From the NCBI GenBank assembly GCA_026770705.1, contig JANJGN010000021.1, positions 105,152,001-105,216,000 of the forward strand: 64,000 nucleotides of DNA, in the 5' to 3' direction. Numbering within the stretch: the first letter of the stretch is position 1; each line of letters starts with the position of its first letter. This DNA is from Isurus oxyrinchus. Taxonomy: Eukaryota. The notes under the pieces were generated by a model, which was not told where the DNA came from, searched no databases, and saw nothing but the letters and a program-made list of their open reading frames with translations. Shown in pieces: positions 37,601-49,185 of this stretch. Both the position numbers and the translations under genes were made by a program.

Positions 37601-40600
37601 GGTGGGGGCGGATAAATCGGGATTTCAAAAGAGAATTGGATGAGCAACTAAGGAGGGAAAAAACTGCAGTGCAATCGCAGGGAAGGAGTGGAACAAGCTG
37701 AGTTGTTCTTGAAGTGAGCTGGCTCAGGCACGATGGGCTGAATCGCCTCATTCTGAGCTGTGACCACTCTATGATTCTGTGAAAACTGGTTTTTACAGCT
37801 GGCACCAGAATTGTGCTCCACTATTTTGAAAGCAGAGTAAACTCGGACAGGGTGTCATATCAGCATTGCATTCAACCTCGTCAGTTTACCACTTTGCAGA
37901 ACACCTTCGGTCTGTCTGCAAGCATTGCGCAGACCTCATTGTCGCTTGCCATTTCAACACATCAGCCTGCCCTCATGCCCACATGTCCGTCTTGGCCTAC
38001 TGCATTGTTCCAGTGAAGCTCAATGCAAACTGGAAGAACAGCACCTCATCATCCAACTAGGCACTTTGCAGCCTTCCAGACTGAATATTGAGTTCAACAA
38101 TTTTAGATCATGAACTCTCTCTTCCCTCCCCACCCCCTTTCCGATCCCCCCTTTTTTTTCCAATAATTTATATAGATTTTTCTTTTCCTACCTATTTCCA
38201 TTATTTTTAAATGTATTTCTATCCATTGTTTTATCTCTACCTTTTACCCTTTTTCGATTCCTTCACCCCACCCCACCCCCGCTAGGGCTATCTGTACCTT
38301 GCTTGTCCTGCTTTCTACCTTTAATTAGCACATTCCTTAGATAATATCACCACCTTCAACTCCTCGTTGTCCTTTTGTCTGTGACATCTTTTGGTTCTCT
38401 CCACCTCTCTACTGGCCCTCTATCCAGCTCTACCCACCCCCTTAAACCAGCTTATATTTCACCTCTCTTCTATTTTTACTTAGTTCTGTTGAAGGGTCAT
38501 TCGGACTCGAAACGTTAACTGTGTTCCTCTCTGCAGATGCTGCCAGACCTGCTGAGTTTTTCCAGGTATTTTTGTTTTTGTTTTGGATTACCAGCATCCG
38601 CAGTTTTTTGCTTTTACCGTCAGTTTACATATTGTACGGGCAAGATTCAAGAGGGCAATTTCAGTTAATGTTCTGATGCTTTAAGCACCCCCAGATTCTA
38701 CTTAAATGAATCTACAGGTGTAGCATGTATGATAATACAAACTCACGCTTTACTGTGACCTCTGTCCCATCTCCGGTCCGCTTTCCAATGCTGAGAAGCT
38801 CCATTTCGCAGAAATATCTTCCTGTATCGCTCAGTTTCGCCTCAGCTATCGATATGGATGCATTTTGTAATTTTTCGAAGGCAAATTTATCGGATTTCTC
38901 AACGCGACCAGTATATTTGGTGTTGCTGTTATCAATTTCACACTCTGTCACATCTTTATACCAAGTGAATGAACCAACAGTGGATTTATTTCCTGAATGG
39001 GTCGCATTCAAACTGAAACTACAGTACAGGTGGATGGTGGCACCTTCGGTAACGTGAATCGAAGTCAGTGTTTGGTTGACTGTAATGCTCGAATCAGTAA
39101 CTCCTGCAGACATAAAACGACCTTATTAATAGTCGCGCCACTCTACATTTTTGCTCTTTCAGCTGCAGCAATCGACTCTGAATTGGAGATGACAACAAAC
39201 TCAAAGCTCAGCAGCCATCCGCATATAACGGATAACGCATTGAGCGCTTCAGTTTCCCTGAAGGAGATCTGAAATGCTCGCACTTTGCGTTTGTCAACAG
39301 CCATTACTGACCTGAGTGCATACTGTGTACTGCCTGCATACTGAGTATCAAGTATTTCCACCTTTACCGCAGATGGCCAGTCTATCTCACCGCCTGCTAT
39401 CTGACAGTTTGCTTTCTGCCCCTCAGTCTACTCCCTGAATAAAACAGAGCAATGCGCTTGCACCTGTCCTTCATTTATGGGGACGGATTATAAGCATGTC
39501 TCTAATGGAGACGACGGCAGCTGCTGCAAAACAATTTGAAGTAGCTCCTTTCAAATATTCGCCTTGCTGCCTGAATATTATGCCTCAATGCCAGTTATAT
39601 GTTTACGCTAGTTCGGTGGGTTCAGTTACCAACTTGGTGTCCAGTGCATAAAGCTGGTGACAAATAATAATCCAGATGAAAGAGAGTCGGGCACTTTCTT
39701 CAGCAAGTGGCCGAACGCAAGTCCATGTTTTCACTCAGGCCTGTGAGGTGAACATGTACCCGCTGTATTACACCCGAGTGGTAGGCTACTTTCTAGCCGA
39801 CCTTTCCTTTTTTCATGTAAAGAGCAGTTTGGAATGTTAACAAAATCGCAAGGAGGGAAATAGAAAGCAAGTAAATATTGTGCTATCCAGTCCCTAATAT
39901 TGCCTATGTTTGCGCATTTATATGTGAGGAGTGATTAAAACTCAGTCTTATCACAATTGTCAGAGAGCGACAGAGAATAAGGACAATTCACATTGCATAA
40001 ATAAACGACATAGATTTTGCTGTACAGGACGCAATTTCAAAAGTTGCGGACCATAGACAACTTGGGAGTATTGTAAACTGTGAGCAGGATAGTGTAGGAC
40101 TTCAAAAGGACATGTAGACAGTTTGGTGGAATAGGCGGTGAAACTGGAGATTCAGTTCAATGCAGAGCAGTGCGAAGTGATTCGTCTTGGCGGGAAGAAC
40201 ACGAAGAGACAATATAAAATAAAGGGTACGACTCCAAAGGGGCTGCAGGAGCAGACGGACCGCGGGGGTATATGTGCACAAGCTATTGAAGGTGGTGGGA
40301 CAGGGTGAGAAGGCAGTTAATAAAGCGCACGGCATTTATAAATAGGGGCATAGACTACAAAAGGATGGAAGTTATGTTAAACCGGTATAAAACACTGGTT
40401 CGGTCTCAACTGGAGTATTGCATCTAGTTCTGGGCACCACGCTTTAGGAAGGATGTGAAGGCATTGGAGAAAGTGCAGAAAAGATTCACAAAAATAGTTC
40501 CGGGGATGAGGGAATTCAGTTATGAAGATAGATTGGCGAAATTGGGCTGTTCTCCTTGGCGAAGAGAAGGCTGAGAGGAGGTTTGATAGAAGTGCTCAAA

Positions 40601-42631
40601 ATCACGAGGGGTCTGGACTGAGTAGGTAGGGAGAAGCTGTTCCCATTGATGGAATGATTGAGAACGAGAGCGCAGAGACTTAAGGCAATTCGCAAAATAA
40701 ACAATGTTGACATGTGGGAAATCTTCTTCATGCAGCGAGTGGTTAAGGTCTGGCAATGTGGTGGAGGTAGGTTCAATCGGGGCTTTCAAACGAAAATTAG
40801 ATTGTTATTTGAAATGGAAGGGCGCACAAGTTATAGTGAAAAGTCTGATGTGGGGGTGCGGGCCTGGTGGTGGTGGGGGGTGGGGGCACTAGATGAAATG
40901 CTCATTCAGAGGGCCAGGGCAGACAAAAGGCCGAATGGCCTCCTTTTGTGTTGTAACCATGCTGAGATTCTCTGAATGGCAGTGAACAAAATCACACTTA
41001 TCCACAAATTTTCCCTTCTGTCCCTGTAAACCATTCCGATGACATACAACATCAAGGGAATGTACATTAAGGGGTGTTACTGTCCAGCATTACTGGATCC
41101 CTTGAATGCCCCGGGGGTTTCTTAGTCCACGTCTGGGAAACCAGTCCAAGCTCCTGAACATAGAATATATCCTTTGCAAAATTGACTTTGCATGGTAATT
41201 GCCCACTAGTCATGTCTTTCCTAGAAATTTCAATCCGATTCCTAATGAGGGCTAACTAGACCTCGACATACATTTAGTAGGACAGCCTCAGGACAGTGGG
41301 GCTGAACGTTATGAGGTCCAGCAGGTCACAGGGAAGCTTTCTAAGCAGCGGGGTTCTATCGGAGGATTTTATCTGCTCCGGCTCCCATTTTTTCGTCCAC
41401 AAACTCTAACGCATGTAGCGCGGCTTGTCAGAAAATTTCGAATCCATTGTTTCGGCACATTTGGCATGTTAAGCATTTATGCTTTCATCATTACTCATTG
41501 GAGGCTGATACCTATAACCGTGAACTGGACACGGTTTGATGAACTAATAGCGAGTAGCGAAGCGAAACCGCCAAATCTGTGAAACTGACCTGAGCGCAGA
41601 AAATTCTGGAAGTGGCCTGCCGAACTTACGCTCGGAGGTGGTCGTCGGGATGGGATCCTTCGTCACGTGAGGCTGATTCAGGTTGCAAAATAATTCCAGG
41701 CTAAATTCTCATGTGTCAGATCGGCAGCGACCATGGGACCCAGTGAACTGACTCCACTGCAATCGCCCCTGACCTAACCTGGCCGCTCAAGTCGCCTCTT
41801 TCCTTATTGTGATCAGCCCTAGACCCTTGGCTAATCTGAAACTCTAATGGGTAATACTACATAACCAAATGCGGCTCACTGGATACCTTTGAATGCGCTG
41901 CTCCAGACCTTGTGACCATAAATGCCAACACAGTTAGCAACAGCAGCTGAGAATTGCAATTCGATTCTTTAGCAGTTAATGTTAACGCGTTTTAAAAAGC
42001 TTCGTTTAACTGCATAAAAGACTCCACAGAAATGTGTGTTTTTCGATAGCTGCATTTTACAGCATGTGATTAAAATTTGGTTTTACCACATTTATGTTTC
42101 AATTATTCTTTCACTAGATGCAGGCTCCACTGGCACAGCCAACGTTTAGTGCCCATCCCTTATTGTCCTTGAGCGTAGTTCAGAGTCAGCCGCTTTGCTG
42201 TGGGCCTGGAGTCGCATGTGCGCCAGACCAGCTAAGGATTGCAGGTATCCTTACCTGAAATAAACCGGTGAACTGGGATTGAGCGATAGTCCATGATGGT
42301 TTCATTGTCACCTTTACTAAGGAGAATTTTCCATTGTGTTTTGCTTAATGACTCAATGTATTAAATAAGTGAATTTGTATTTGACCAGGGGCTGTCGTGA
42401 TGGGTTTAAATACCCGTGTTCCCTGAACATGAGCTGGGCTTCTAGGGCTATTGTTTCAGTGGCTGTACCACTACACCACCGTCTCAAAATTTGTGCATAC
42501 GCTGTGTGTGTGTATGTATTCATGAGGTTATGTGTGTGTATCTGTTTATTCATAGATACAAAAGAGAGCCCAGGAGCAGATTACTTACCAGGGAACAACA
42601 GCAATGACCAAACGACTGTATTCCATAGCAT
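13333..42631 (-). CDS. NCR3: Gene B: NKp30/NCR3-like single VJ-Ig-domain receptor with three ITIMs, inhibitory type; join(42631..42589,39103..38747,32352..32215,15157..15126,13605..13333), 843 nt = 280 aa
   Basis: Five exons with GT-AG sites and compatible phases 1/1/1/0, summing to an intact frame: leader, VJ domain, TM and a tail with LIYTKV, LVYLAL and VVYGIV. The symbol is a family-level call only. Confidence 0.78.
15126..15157 (-). CDS. Gene B small cytoplasmic exon
   Basis: CCTTTTTATAG|AT CAA GGA ACG GAA GCC GAA GTT GTA AAT AAG|GTATGC. This 32-nt exon gives the phase 1 to 0 change needed to join the TM exon to the ITIM exon. Confidence 0.7.
16660..18585 (-). mobile_element. CR1/L2-clade LINE family B fragment
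   Basis: RT motifs GVPQVSALGPAIF...FADD and LDIKAALDRVWH; collinear with 9520-11160. Confidence 0.85.
19136..20455. mobile_element. Penelope-like element as an inverted pair of 3' ends
   Basis: 19136-19779 is the reverse complement of about 19840-20455. It encodes a GIY-YIG C-terminal remnant (KLEEQHLIFQLGTLQPSGLNIEFNN) and has hammerhead cores near both outer ends. Confidence 0.8.
19231..19269 (-). ncRNA. Minimal type I hammerhead ribozyme motif (Penelope-associated)
   Basis: Minus strand reads AGTT-CTGATGA-A-GAGTC-ACTCC-GACTC-GAAA-TGTT-AACT, giving the conserved core boxes, stem II GAGTC/GACTC and stem I AGTT/AACT. Confidence 0.65.
22413..22548. other. Assembly gap (136 N)
   Basis: Run of N. 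Confidence 1.
22721..26765 (-). mobile_element. Near-full-length CR1 LINE (ORF1 esterase, ORF2 APE-RT; disrupted) inserted in the 5' LTR
   Basis: ORF1 IVVGDSIIRG...VVHVGTND; ORF2 GGGVALLV, IMGDFN, KCEVMHFG...LVRPHLEYC. Confidence 0.9.
26855..26870 (+). promoter_or_regulatory. Primer-binding site, tRNA-Pro type
   Basis: TGGGGGCTCGAGTCC just after the 5' LTR end; resembles the tRNA-Pro PBS TGGGGGCTCGTCCGGG. Confidence 0.75.
26940..28718 (+). pseudogene. Disrupted gag (SCAN-like capsid region, CX2CX4HX4C knuckle at 28012-28053) and aspartic protease
   Basis: KFEERDAETFSISFDKLAKQMNW, EAYRLKLRNLRK.PGQTY.EF, CYHCNIMGHIHTEC, ILRHTGATQ (catalytic D to H) and LLLGNDLAG, with several stops and frameshifts. 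Confidence 0.85.
28719..30010 (+). pseudogene. GOLGA4: Captured fragment of a golgin-245 (GOLGA4)-like coiled-coil coding sequence
   Basis: FNGELVEMAHAGSIGINETVT*LESNHKQQ and EEQLSDLELPLEHSA*LSDKEEAISLLNKQYQVEQQKLLEKIGLLSASIEIVPKEKVSA...TEWNKK match recalled vertebrate GOLGA4 segments (FNAKMLEMAQANSAGISDAVSRLETNQKEQ; QLQNSISLSEKEAAISSLRKQY...KEKISA...SEWKKK) in collinear order. Confidence 0.78.
30195..30360 (+). pseudogene. RNase H C-terminal remnant of pol
   Basis: LIYTDHNPLAF...NARL/RWSLLFQPFNVKIVYI...NVIMDALSR, with one frameshift. Confidence 0.85.
30513..31441 (+). repeat. 3' LTR (929 bp, TG...CA)
   Basis: Starts TGTAAGCAGCA and ends GTCGTGACA; preceded by the purine-rich AAGTGTGGAGG (degenerate PPT). 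Confidence 0.88.
32215..32352 (-). CDS. Gene B stalk/transmembrane exon
   Basis: Acceptor TTCTCTCTCTGCAG, donor CCAG|GTAATT, 138 nt, phase 1-1. Encodes RHVDSEVTSLPRQWNIYLLIFSVLALVLLALILTKIIYTLFCRGLP. Not in the ORF track because it is too short. Confidence 0.85.
32386..32690. repeat. Tandem repeat of about 140 bp, 2 copies plus a partial third, next to the gene B TM exon acceptor
   Basis: GATGATGGCTAAT.TTGGTTTTATGCTTCAG...CTCGGTGCACAGCAGAGAACCAAAATG occurs twice. Confidence 0.85.
33930..35930. repeat. Inverted duplication: about 33930-34343 versus 35461-35930
   Basis: For example, CTCAACTTCAAAGCTATTTGAAACGTGTGTTGAG and its reverse complement CTCAACACACGTTTCAAATAGCTTTGAAGTTGAG. Confidence 0.9.
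35180..37780 (+). mobile_element. Degenerate CR1 LINE (ORF2 part), interrupted by the inverted duplication
   Basis: RT motifs (ENQHGF...SCLT, KPLLRPQLGYC) and a 3' ATTCT tail. Confidence 0.8.
37850..38615 (+). mobile_element. Penelope-like element 3' fragment (GIY-YIG tail, hammerhead-like motif 38482-38520)
   Basis: FAEHLRSVCKH...VACHFN...KLEEQHLIIQLGTLQPSRLNIEFNNF; same family as 19136-20455. Confidence 0.8.
38747..39103 (-). CDS. Gene B V-set (VJ) Ig domain exon
   Basis: Acceptor TGTCTGCAG, donor AAAGC|GTGAGT, 357 nt. Motifs: IHLYC, FTWY, DTGRYFC and J-like GDGTEVTVK. Confidence 0.93.
40050..40975 (+). mobile_element. CR1 LINE 3' fragment
   Basis: RT C-terminal motifs (KTLVRSQLEYC; EKVQKRFTK) and 3' UTR. 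Confidence 0.85.
42110..42480 (-). mobile_element. Degenerate SINE (family of 58975-59320)
   Basis: Reverse-complement similarity including the LINE-B-like tail. Confidence 0.6.
42589..42631 (-). CDS. Gene B leader exon, coding part (exon 42645..42589)
   Basis: Acceptor CTTCTACCCACAG, 14 nt UTR, then MLWNTVVWSLLLFP G|GTAAGT. The 43 coding nt end in phase 1, the same geometry as the gene A leader. Confidence 0.85.
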
Positions 42632-43014
42632 AGCTCCACTGTTACCTGTGGGTAGAAGGAGAAGTGCTTTCTGTTACATCATTTTTCATAGAAATTCATT
42701 CAACGTTGTGGAAAAAAAAACTGGTGATCCATTTAAATGTAATGCATTTGCCCTGTTACACTGTAGCTGTGGAGGATGGCCGGCTGGAATTCAAATTGAT
42801 GTCCTATTTCAAATGATTTGACATCGTGCCTCCATTTGTTCAGCACCCAACGTGCTGCAGAACGCAGTGCTCAGTTATAGCCGTCGAGGTATTCAGCCGC
42901 GGCCTCGGCTTCTGGAAAGAATCTTTAATTATTTCCTGAGAGGACGGACGGGTGAGTGAAAGTCTCCGTTAACATATCGGACGAAGGAATAAATAAGAAC
43001 GAGAGACTAGTCTT

Positions 43015-43425
43015 CATATCCCACCCTCAGGACCACTAGGCTTGCCAAAACACTTTCCGAGCAACGAAGCACTTTTGTAGTGGGCTGTTGCAATGTGGGA
43101 AACAAAGGCAGCCAACTTGCACACAGCAAGGCCCCGCAAACAGTAATATGAAAATGAACAGGTAATCTGTTTTTTCAATGTTGATTGAGGGAGAAGAATT
43201 GGCTAGGACACTAAGCCATTCCTCTCCTTCAGACATGATCGTTTATATTCACCTGAGAAGGCAGAAAAGGCCATTGTTTAACCGCTCATTCGATTGATGG
43301 CATCACTGACAGGGCGGCACTCCTCTGTATTCCAATGGAGTGTCTTTTGCCGTGGAGTCTGGATCGGGATTTGAACACATAACCTTCTACCTCTGAGGCA
43401 CGAGTGCTACCAGCTGAGAGACAGC
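43015..43425 (-). mobile_element. Deu-domain SINE (AmnSINE1/SacSINE1-like)
   Basis: The minus strand has a tRNA-like head (GTTCAAATCC) and Deu-like body ...CCCTCAATCAACATT..AAAACAGATTACCTGTTCATT...CTTGCTGTGTGCAAGTTGGCTGCC. Recognised from memory. Confidence 0.65.
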
Positions 43426-44109
43426 TGGGATCTGAAACGCCATGTAGACAGACTGAAACTTAAATTGATAATGTTTCAAAAAGCCATAGCAATTTGCACG
43501 CTTTGCTCAGGTTTAATAGGTCACATTTGCATTGGATTTAACATGACCAACGAAAGGAGGTCGCCACTAGATCGGAATAACTGCTAATTTGCTGTGCGCC
43601 CAACAATCACACAAAGAGTAGACTCATTACCTTCTGATTGCAACTCCCACAAACAACCTTCGTCTGACTTCAGAGGTTGGATATTGATCAGTGAGTCACA
43701 TACGAGTGGCAGGCAACATACGCCCTCATACAGTGTCACCTCCGGTTTTATCCTGTGGAAGAAATATGCTAGTACCGCCTTGGACTATTTCTCATTGGAT
43801 CGATAGGAGCAATGAATGAATTTGGAGCCAGTCGTCAATACAAGCTGCTCGTGTGCATCGGTACGATCTTAGTTATTCAGTGGAACCTGTTCGTGATCAT
43901 TTCTGAAAATATCTTAGTTAACTTATATGACAGAAATAATTTTCGAATTGTTGGAGGCAGCATTCAGATATGCGGCGTCAAAAAATAGGCACCAGTGGAG
44001 GTTAAGGCCATGTTGCTCCTCCCCATAATCACCCACAACTACATGAAGTAGTAATCCTATCCGTGTAACAAAACTATAATCTGTGACGTGTTTGTTGGAG
44101 TGCATATTA

Positions 44110-47100
44110 GAGCCGTGTTAGGGTTGGAAGAAGGCGGGTTTCAGTCCAGCCTTAAAACAGGGCTCATACAGGCTGCAACTAGTTAATACTGCAACCAGTT
44201 AGTTAGATAACTGGCTTAATCCGGGTTTCAGAGGCTGGGTTCAGAGAGTATAAAATTAGGTTATCTTATTGTGCTGACTTTGTCCGCACTGAAGTATTGT
44301 GTTTGGCTGCAGTTGAGTGTTTCAGCTGGAGTTTGGCGACTGAGAGAGGAGGTGCCGCTTTACTTCTCTACATTCGCTCGAGGAAGGGCACCGGCCTTGG
44401 TAAATAGGAACTGATGAGTAACTTAGAAAGGTGTAATATTTTTAAAGCTCCCATACAGTGAAGCGCCAGGAATAAGGGAAATTAAGGGCCAATAGGATAA
44501 AGTAATATAAATAATCCAAAGTAGAATAAAATTAACGTAAGGGAAATGGTTGTTAAGGCTTAGCAGTGCAGCTCAGTCGAGTGGAATGCGCACCCTGTAA
44601 TATGTGCAAAGTCATGCACGCTACCGGTGTCCTAGACGGCATTATGTGCAGGAAGTGCTGTCAGCTGCAGAAACTTGAGCTGCGGGTTTTGGAGCTTGAG
44701 CAGCGGCTGGAGTCACCGTGGCGCTTCCCTGAGGCTGAGAGCTACGTGGGTAGCACGTTCAGAGAGGTGGGCACGCCGCATCTTAAGGGCCTGGAGACAG
44801 ATAAGGAATGGGTGACCACCAGGTAGACCAAGAGAAGTAGGCAGGTAGTGCAGGGGTCCCCTGGGGTCCCACTCACAAATCGGTTTTCTGTTTTGGAAGC
44901 TGGTGAGGGCGCTGATTCCTCAGAGGAGTGCAGTCAGAGCCAGGTTTGTGGCACCACGAGCTGTACAGGAGGGGAGGAAGAAGAAAGGAAGAGTTATAGT
45001 GCTAGGAGATTCATTGGTATGGGGAACAGACAGGCGTTTCTATGGTGTAAACATGATCACAGGATGGTATGTTGCCTCGCTGGTGCCAGGGTCAAGGATG
45101 TCACAGAGCAGCTGCAGGACATTCCTCTGGGGGAGGCTGATCAGCCAGAGGTCGTGGTCCACATTGAGACTTGAGTAGAAGGGCAATGTGGTCCTGAAAT
45201 TAGTATTTAAGGAGCCAGGTAGAAAAATAACAAGCAGGGATGCTAATGTAGTAATCTCCTGATTACTCCCTGTGTCACCTGCCAGTGAGTACAGAAATAG
45301 GGGGATAAGGCAGATGAATGTGTGTCTGGTAAGATGGTGCAGGAGGGAGGGCTTTAGATTCCTGGGACACTGTGACTGGCTCTAGGGGAGATGGCACCTG
45401 TACAAGCCAGACGGGTTGCACCTGAACAGACCTGGGACTGAGTTCCATGAGGGCCTTTTGGCTATTGCTGTCGGGAGAGTTATAAACTAACTCGGCAGGA
45501 GTGTGGGAACCAAGAGAAAACATTAGAGAAGAATACCAAGGCGCACAAAATACTGGGAGGGTCAGGGAACACGGGTATAGAGAAAAGTAAGTTAATAGGT
45601 ATATTCGGAGTAAGGGAGAAAGTGACAAAGTTTAACTCAGGTTACTATGCATGTATGTGAATGCACAGAGTGTAGAAGATAAGATTGGGGAGTAAAAGGG
45701 GCAGATTTCTATGTGGAAATATGATGTTGCGTCGATAACAGTAACCTGGTTCAGGGAATGTAGGTGCAGCAGGCGGTAAAGAACGCAAATTGTATGTTGG
45801 CCTTCTCAGCGAGAGGATACAAGTACAGGAGCAGGGATGTCCTGCTGCATTTATACAGGGCCTTGGTGAGTCCACACTGGAATATTGTGTGTTGTTTTGG
45901 TCGCATTATCTGAGGAAGGATGTTCTTATAGAGGGAGTGCAGCGAAGGTTTACCAGTCTGATTCCTGGGACGGTGGGACTGACATATGTGGAGTGATTGA
46001 GTCAGTTAAGATTATATTCACTGGAGTTCAGAAGAATGAGGGGGGAATCTCATAGAAACCTATAAAATTCTAACAGGACTAGACAGGGTAGATGCAGGAA
46101 GTATGTTCCCGATGTGGGGGAGTCCAGAACCAGGGATCACAGCCTGAGGATGCAGGGTAGACCATTTAGGACTGAGATGAGGAGAAATTTCTTCACCCAG
46201 AGAGTGGAGAGCCTTGGAATTCACTACCACAGAAAATAGTTGAGGCCAAAACATTGTATGTTTTCAAGGATGAGTTAGATGTAGTTCTTGGGGTGAGAGG
46301 GATCAAAGGATATGGGGAGAAGGCTGGAGCAGACTATTGAGTTGGATGATCAGCCATGATCATAATGAATGGCGGAACAGGCTCGAAGGGCCGAATGGCC
46401 TACCCCTGCTCCTATTTTCTATGTTTCTATGAAGGACAGAATTGGGTGTTAAAAATGCTCGGGTATAAGCTGTTCAGGAGAAATAGGAAAGGAAGGAAAG
46501 GAGGAGGGCTTGCAGTGTTTATAGGCTAAGGACAGCATTGCAGTGCTGGAGAAAGAGGACATCCCAGAGAGTTCAATGACAGAATCAATTTGGCTAGAGC
46601 TCAGGTACAAAGAAGGTGCAATTACATTGCCTGGCATAGTCTATAGACCGCGATATAATGAGAAGGATGTAGAAGAAAATATCTGCAGGGAAATTGCAGA
46701 GAGATTCAGGCATTATAGAGTAGTTATAATGGGGGACTTTCAGTAGCCGAATGTAGACTGGGAAAGTGATTGTGTAAAGGGTAGAGAGGGGCAAGAGTTC
46801 CTAGACAGTGTTCAGGAGAATTTCCTACTGCAGTGTGTGCTCAATCCAACAAGAAAAGACACTCTGCTGGACCTGGTTCTTCAAAATGAGGCGGGCCAAG
46901 TAGAACAAGTGTCAGTGGGGGAACATTGAGGAGACAATGATCATTGTATTGTACGTTTTAGGATGATTATAGAGAAAGGTGATAGGCAATGTGGAGTAAA
47001 AATAATTAACTGGGCAAGAGCAAACTTCGATGGGGCAAGAACGAATCTGTGCCAGAAGGACTGGAACGAGATGTTGGCAAGAGAAACTGTAGCTGAACAA

Positions 47101-49185
47101 GGGGCTACCTTAAAAAAAAAAACTGGTTTGGGCACAGTCAACGTAAATGCCATCGAAAGGGAAAGGAGGACAAACAAATCCAGAGCTCCCTGGATGACAA
47201 ACGGAATTGAAATTAAGGTAAAGAAGAAGAAGTGCGCTTATGACAGGTGTCAGGTATAAAATACAATTGAGAACCAAGAGGAATACGGAAGGTTCAGAGG
47301 GGAGGTGGAAAAACATATCAGAGTAGCGAAGAAGCACTATGAGAAAAGATTGGCAGCCAACATTAAGGGTCATCCCAAAGTTTTCTATTGACCTATAAAT
47401 AGTAAAGAGATGGTGTAAGAGGAGTAGTGCCGATTAGGGACCTAAAAGGGAATTCACATACGGATGATGGGGCCATGGCTGAGGTATTAAATTAATACTT
47501 TGCATCCGTCTTTACCAAGGAGGTAGATGCTATCCAGGCCATGGTGACAGACGAGGAAACTCTGTCATTAGAACGGCTCCACATTGATAATCGGAAAGTG
47601 ACTGTTGGTACTTAAAGTTCACAAGGCAGTGGGACCGGATGAAATGCATCCAAGGATATATTGAAGGAAGTGAGAGTAGAAATTGCAAGGGCACAGTCCA
47701 TAATCTTTCAGTCTTCGCTAGACTCAGGGGTGGTGCCAGAGGAATGGAGAACTGCAATTACACCCTTGTTCAAATAAGGTTGTAAGGATAAGCCCAGCAA
47801 TTACAGACCAGTCAGTTTAACTTCAGTGGTGAGGGAGATTCTAGAAACAATTAATCAGGATAGAATTAGTAGTCCCATTGAAAACTATGGGTTGATAAGG
47901 AAAAGCTAGCTTGGGTTTCTAGAGTGGAAATCGTGTTTAATTAACTTGCTGGAGTTTTTTGAAGAGGTAACAGAAAAGGTCGGTGAGGGTAATAATGTTA
48001 ATCTTGTGTACATGGACCTTGAAAAGGCATTTGGCGCAGTGCCACACAACAGGTTTGTGAGGAAAGGTACTGCTCATGGAATAAAAGGGGCAGTAGCAAT
48101 GTGAATGCAAAATTGGCTGAAAAATCGGAAGCAGCGATTAATGGATATTTTTCAGGCTGGAGGAATGTTTGTAGTGGGGTTCCACGGGGGTCGGTATTGG
48201 GACCCTTGCTTTTCCTGATATATATATATATTAATTATCTTGATCTTGGTGTGCAGGGGACAATTTCAAAGTTTGCGGATGACAAGAAGCTTGGGAGTGT
48301 TGTGAACCGCGATGAGAATGGTGTGGAACTTCAAGAGGAAATAGACAAGTTGGTGGAGTGATAAATGGCGGATGAAGTTCAATACGGAGCGGTGTGGTGT
48401 GATACATTTTGGCAGGAAGAACATGGACAGAAAGTATAAAATAAAGGGTGAAATTTTGAAGGGGGTGAAGGAGCAGAAATACCTCGGTGCATATGTGCAT
48501 AGATCATTGAAGGTGGCAGGACAGGTGAAGAGAGCAGTTAATAAAGCATATAGTAAGCTTGGCTTTATTAATAGGGGCACAGAGTGCAAGAGCAAGAGGT
48601 TACACTGAATTAATATAAGACACTCGTTAGACCTCAGCTGGAATATTATGTACAGTTCTGGGCACCATATTATAAGAAGGATGTGAACACATTGGAGAGA
48701 GTGCAGAAAAAGTTTACAAGAATGGCTCCAGGGATGAGAAACATTAGCTATGAGGAAAGATTGGAGAGGTTGGGGTTGTTCTTCTGGAGAGAAGGCTGAG
48801 AGGAGATTTGATAGAGATGTTCAAAATCACGAGGAGGCTGAATGGAGTAGATAGGGAGAAGCTGTTCCCAATCGTAAAATGATCCAGAACGAGAGGGCAC
48901 AGATTTAAAGTGATTTGCAAAAGAAGCAAATGTGACTTGAGAAAAAAATTATTCACACAACGAGTGGTTCAGGTCAGAAATGCACTGCCTGGAAGTGTGG
49001 AGGAAGCAGTTTTAATCGAGGCATTCAAGAGGGCATTAGATGATTATTTGAAAAGAAACACTGTGCAAGGGTACAGGCAAAAGGCAGGGCAATGGCACTA
49101 GGTCATAATGCTCATTTGGAGAGCCGGTGCAGACATGATGCGCCAAATGGTCTCCTTCTGTGTCGTTCTGCTTCTGTGATTCTGC
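44110..49185 (+). mobile_element. Near-full-length CR1 LINE (ORF1 zinc-finger/esterase, ORF2), with a nested CR1 3' fragment at about 45755-46430
   Basis: ORF1 ECAPCNMC...MCRKC and VLGDSLVWG; ORF2 IMGDF, GVPRGSVLGPLLF...KFADD; 3' tail. The endonuclease region is interrupted by a complete 3' end. Confidence 0.88.
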
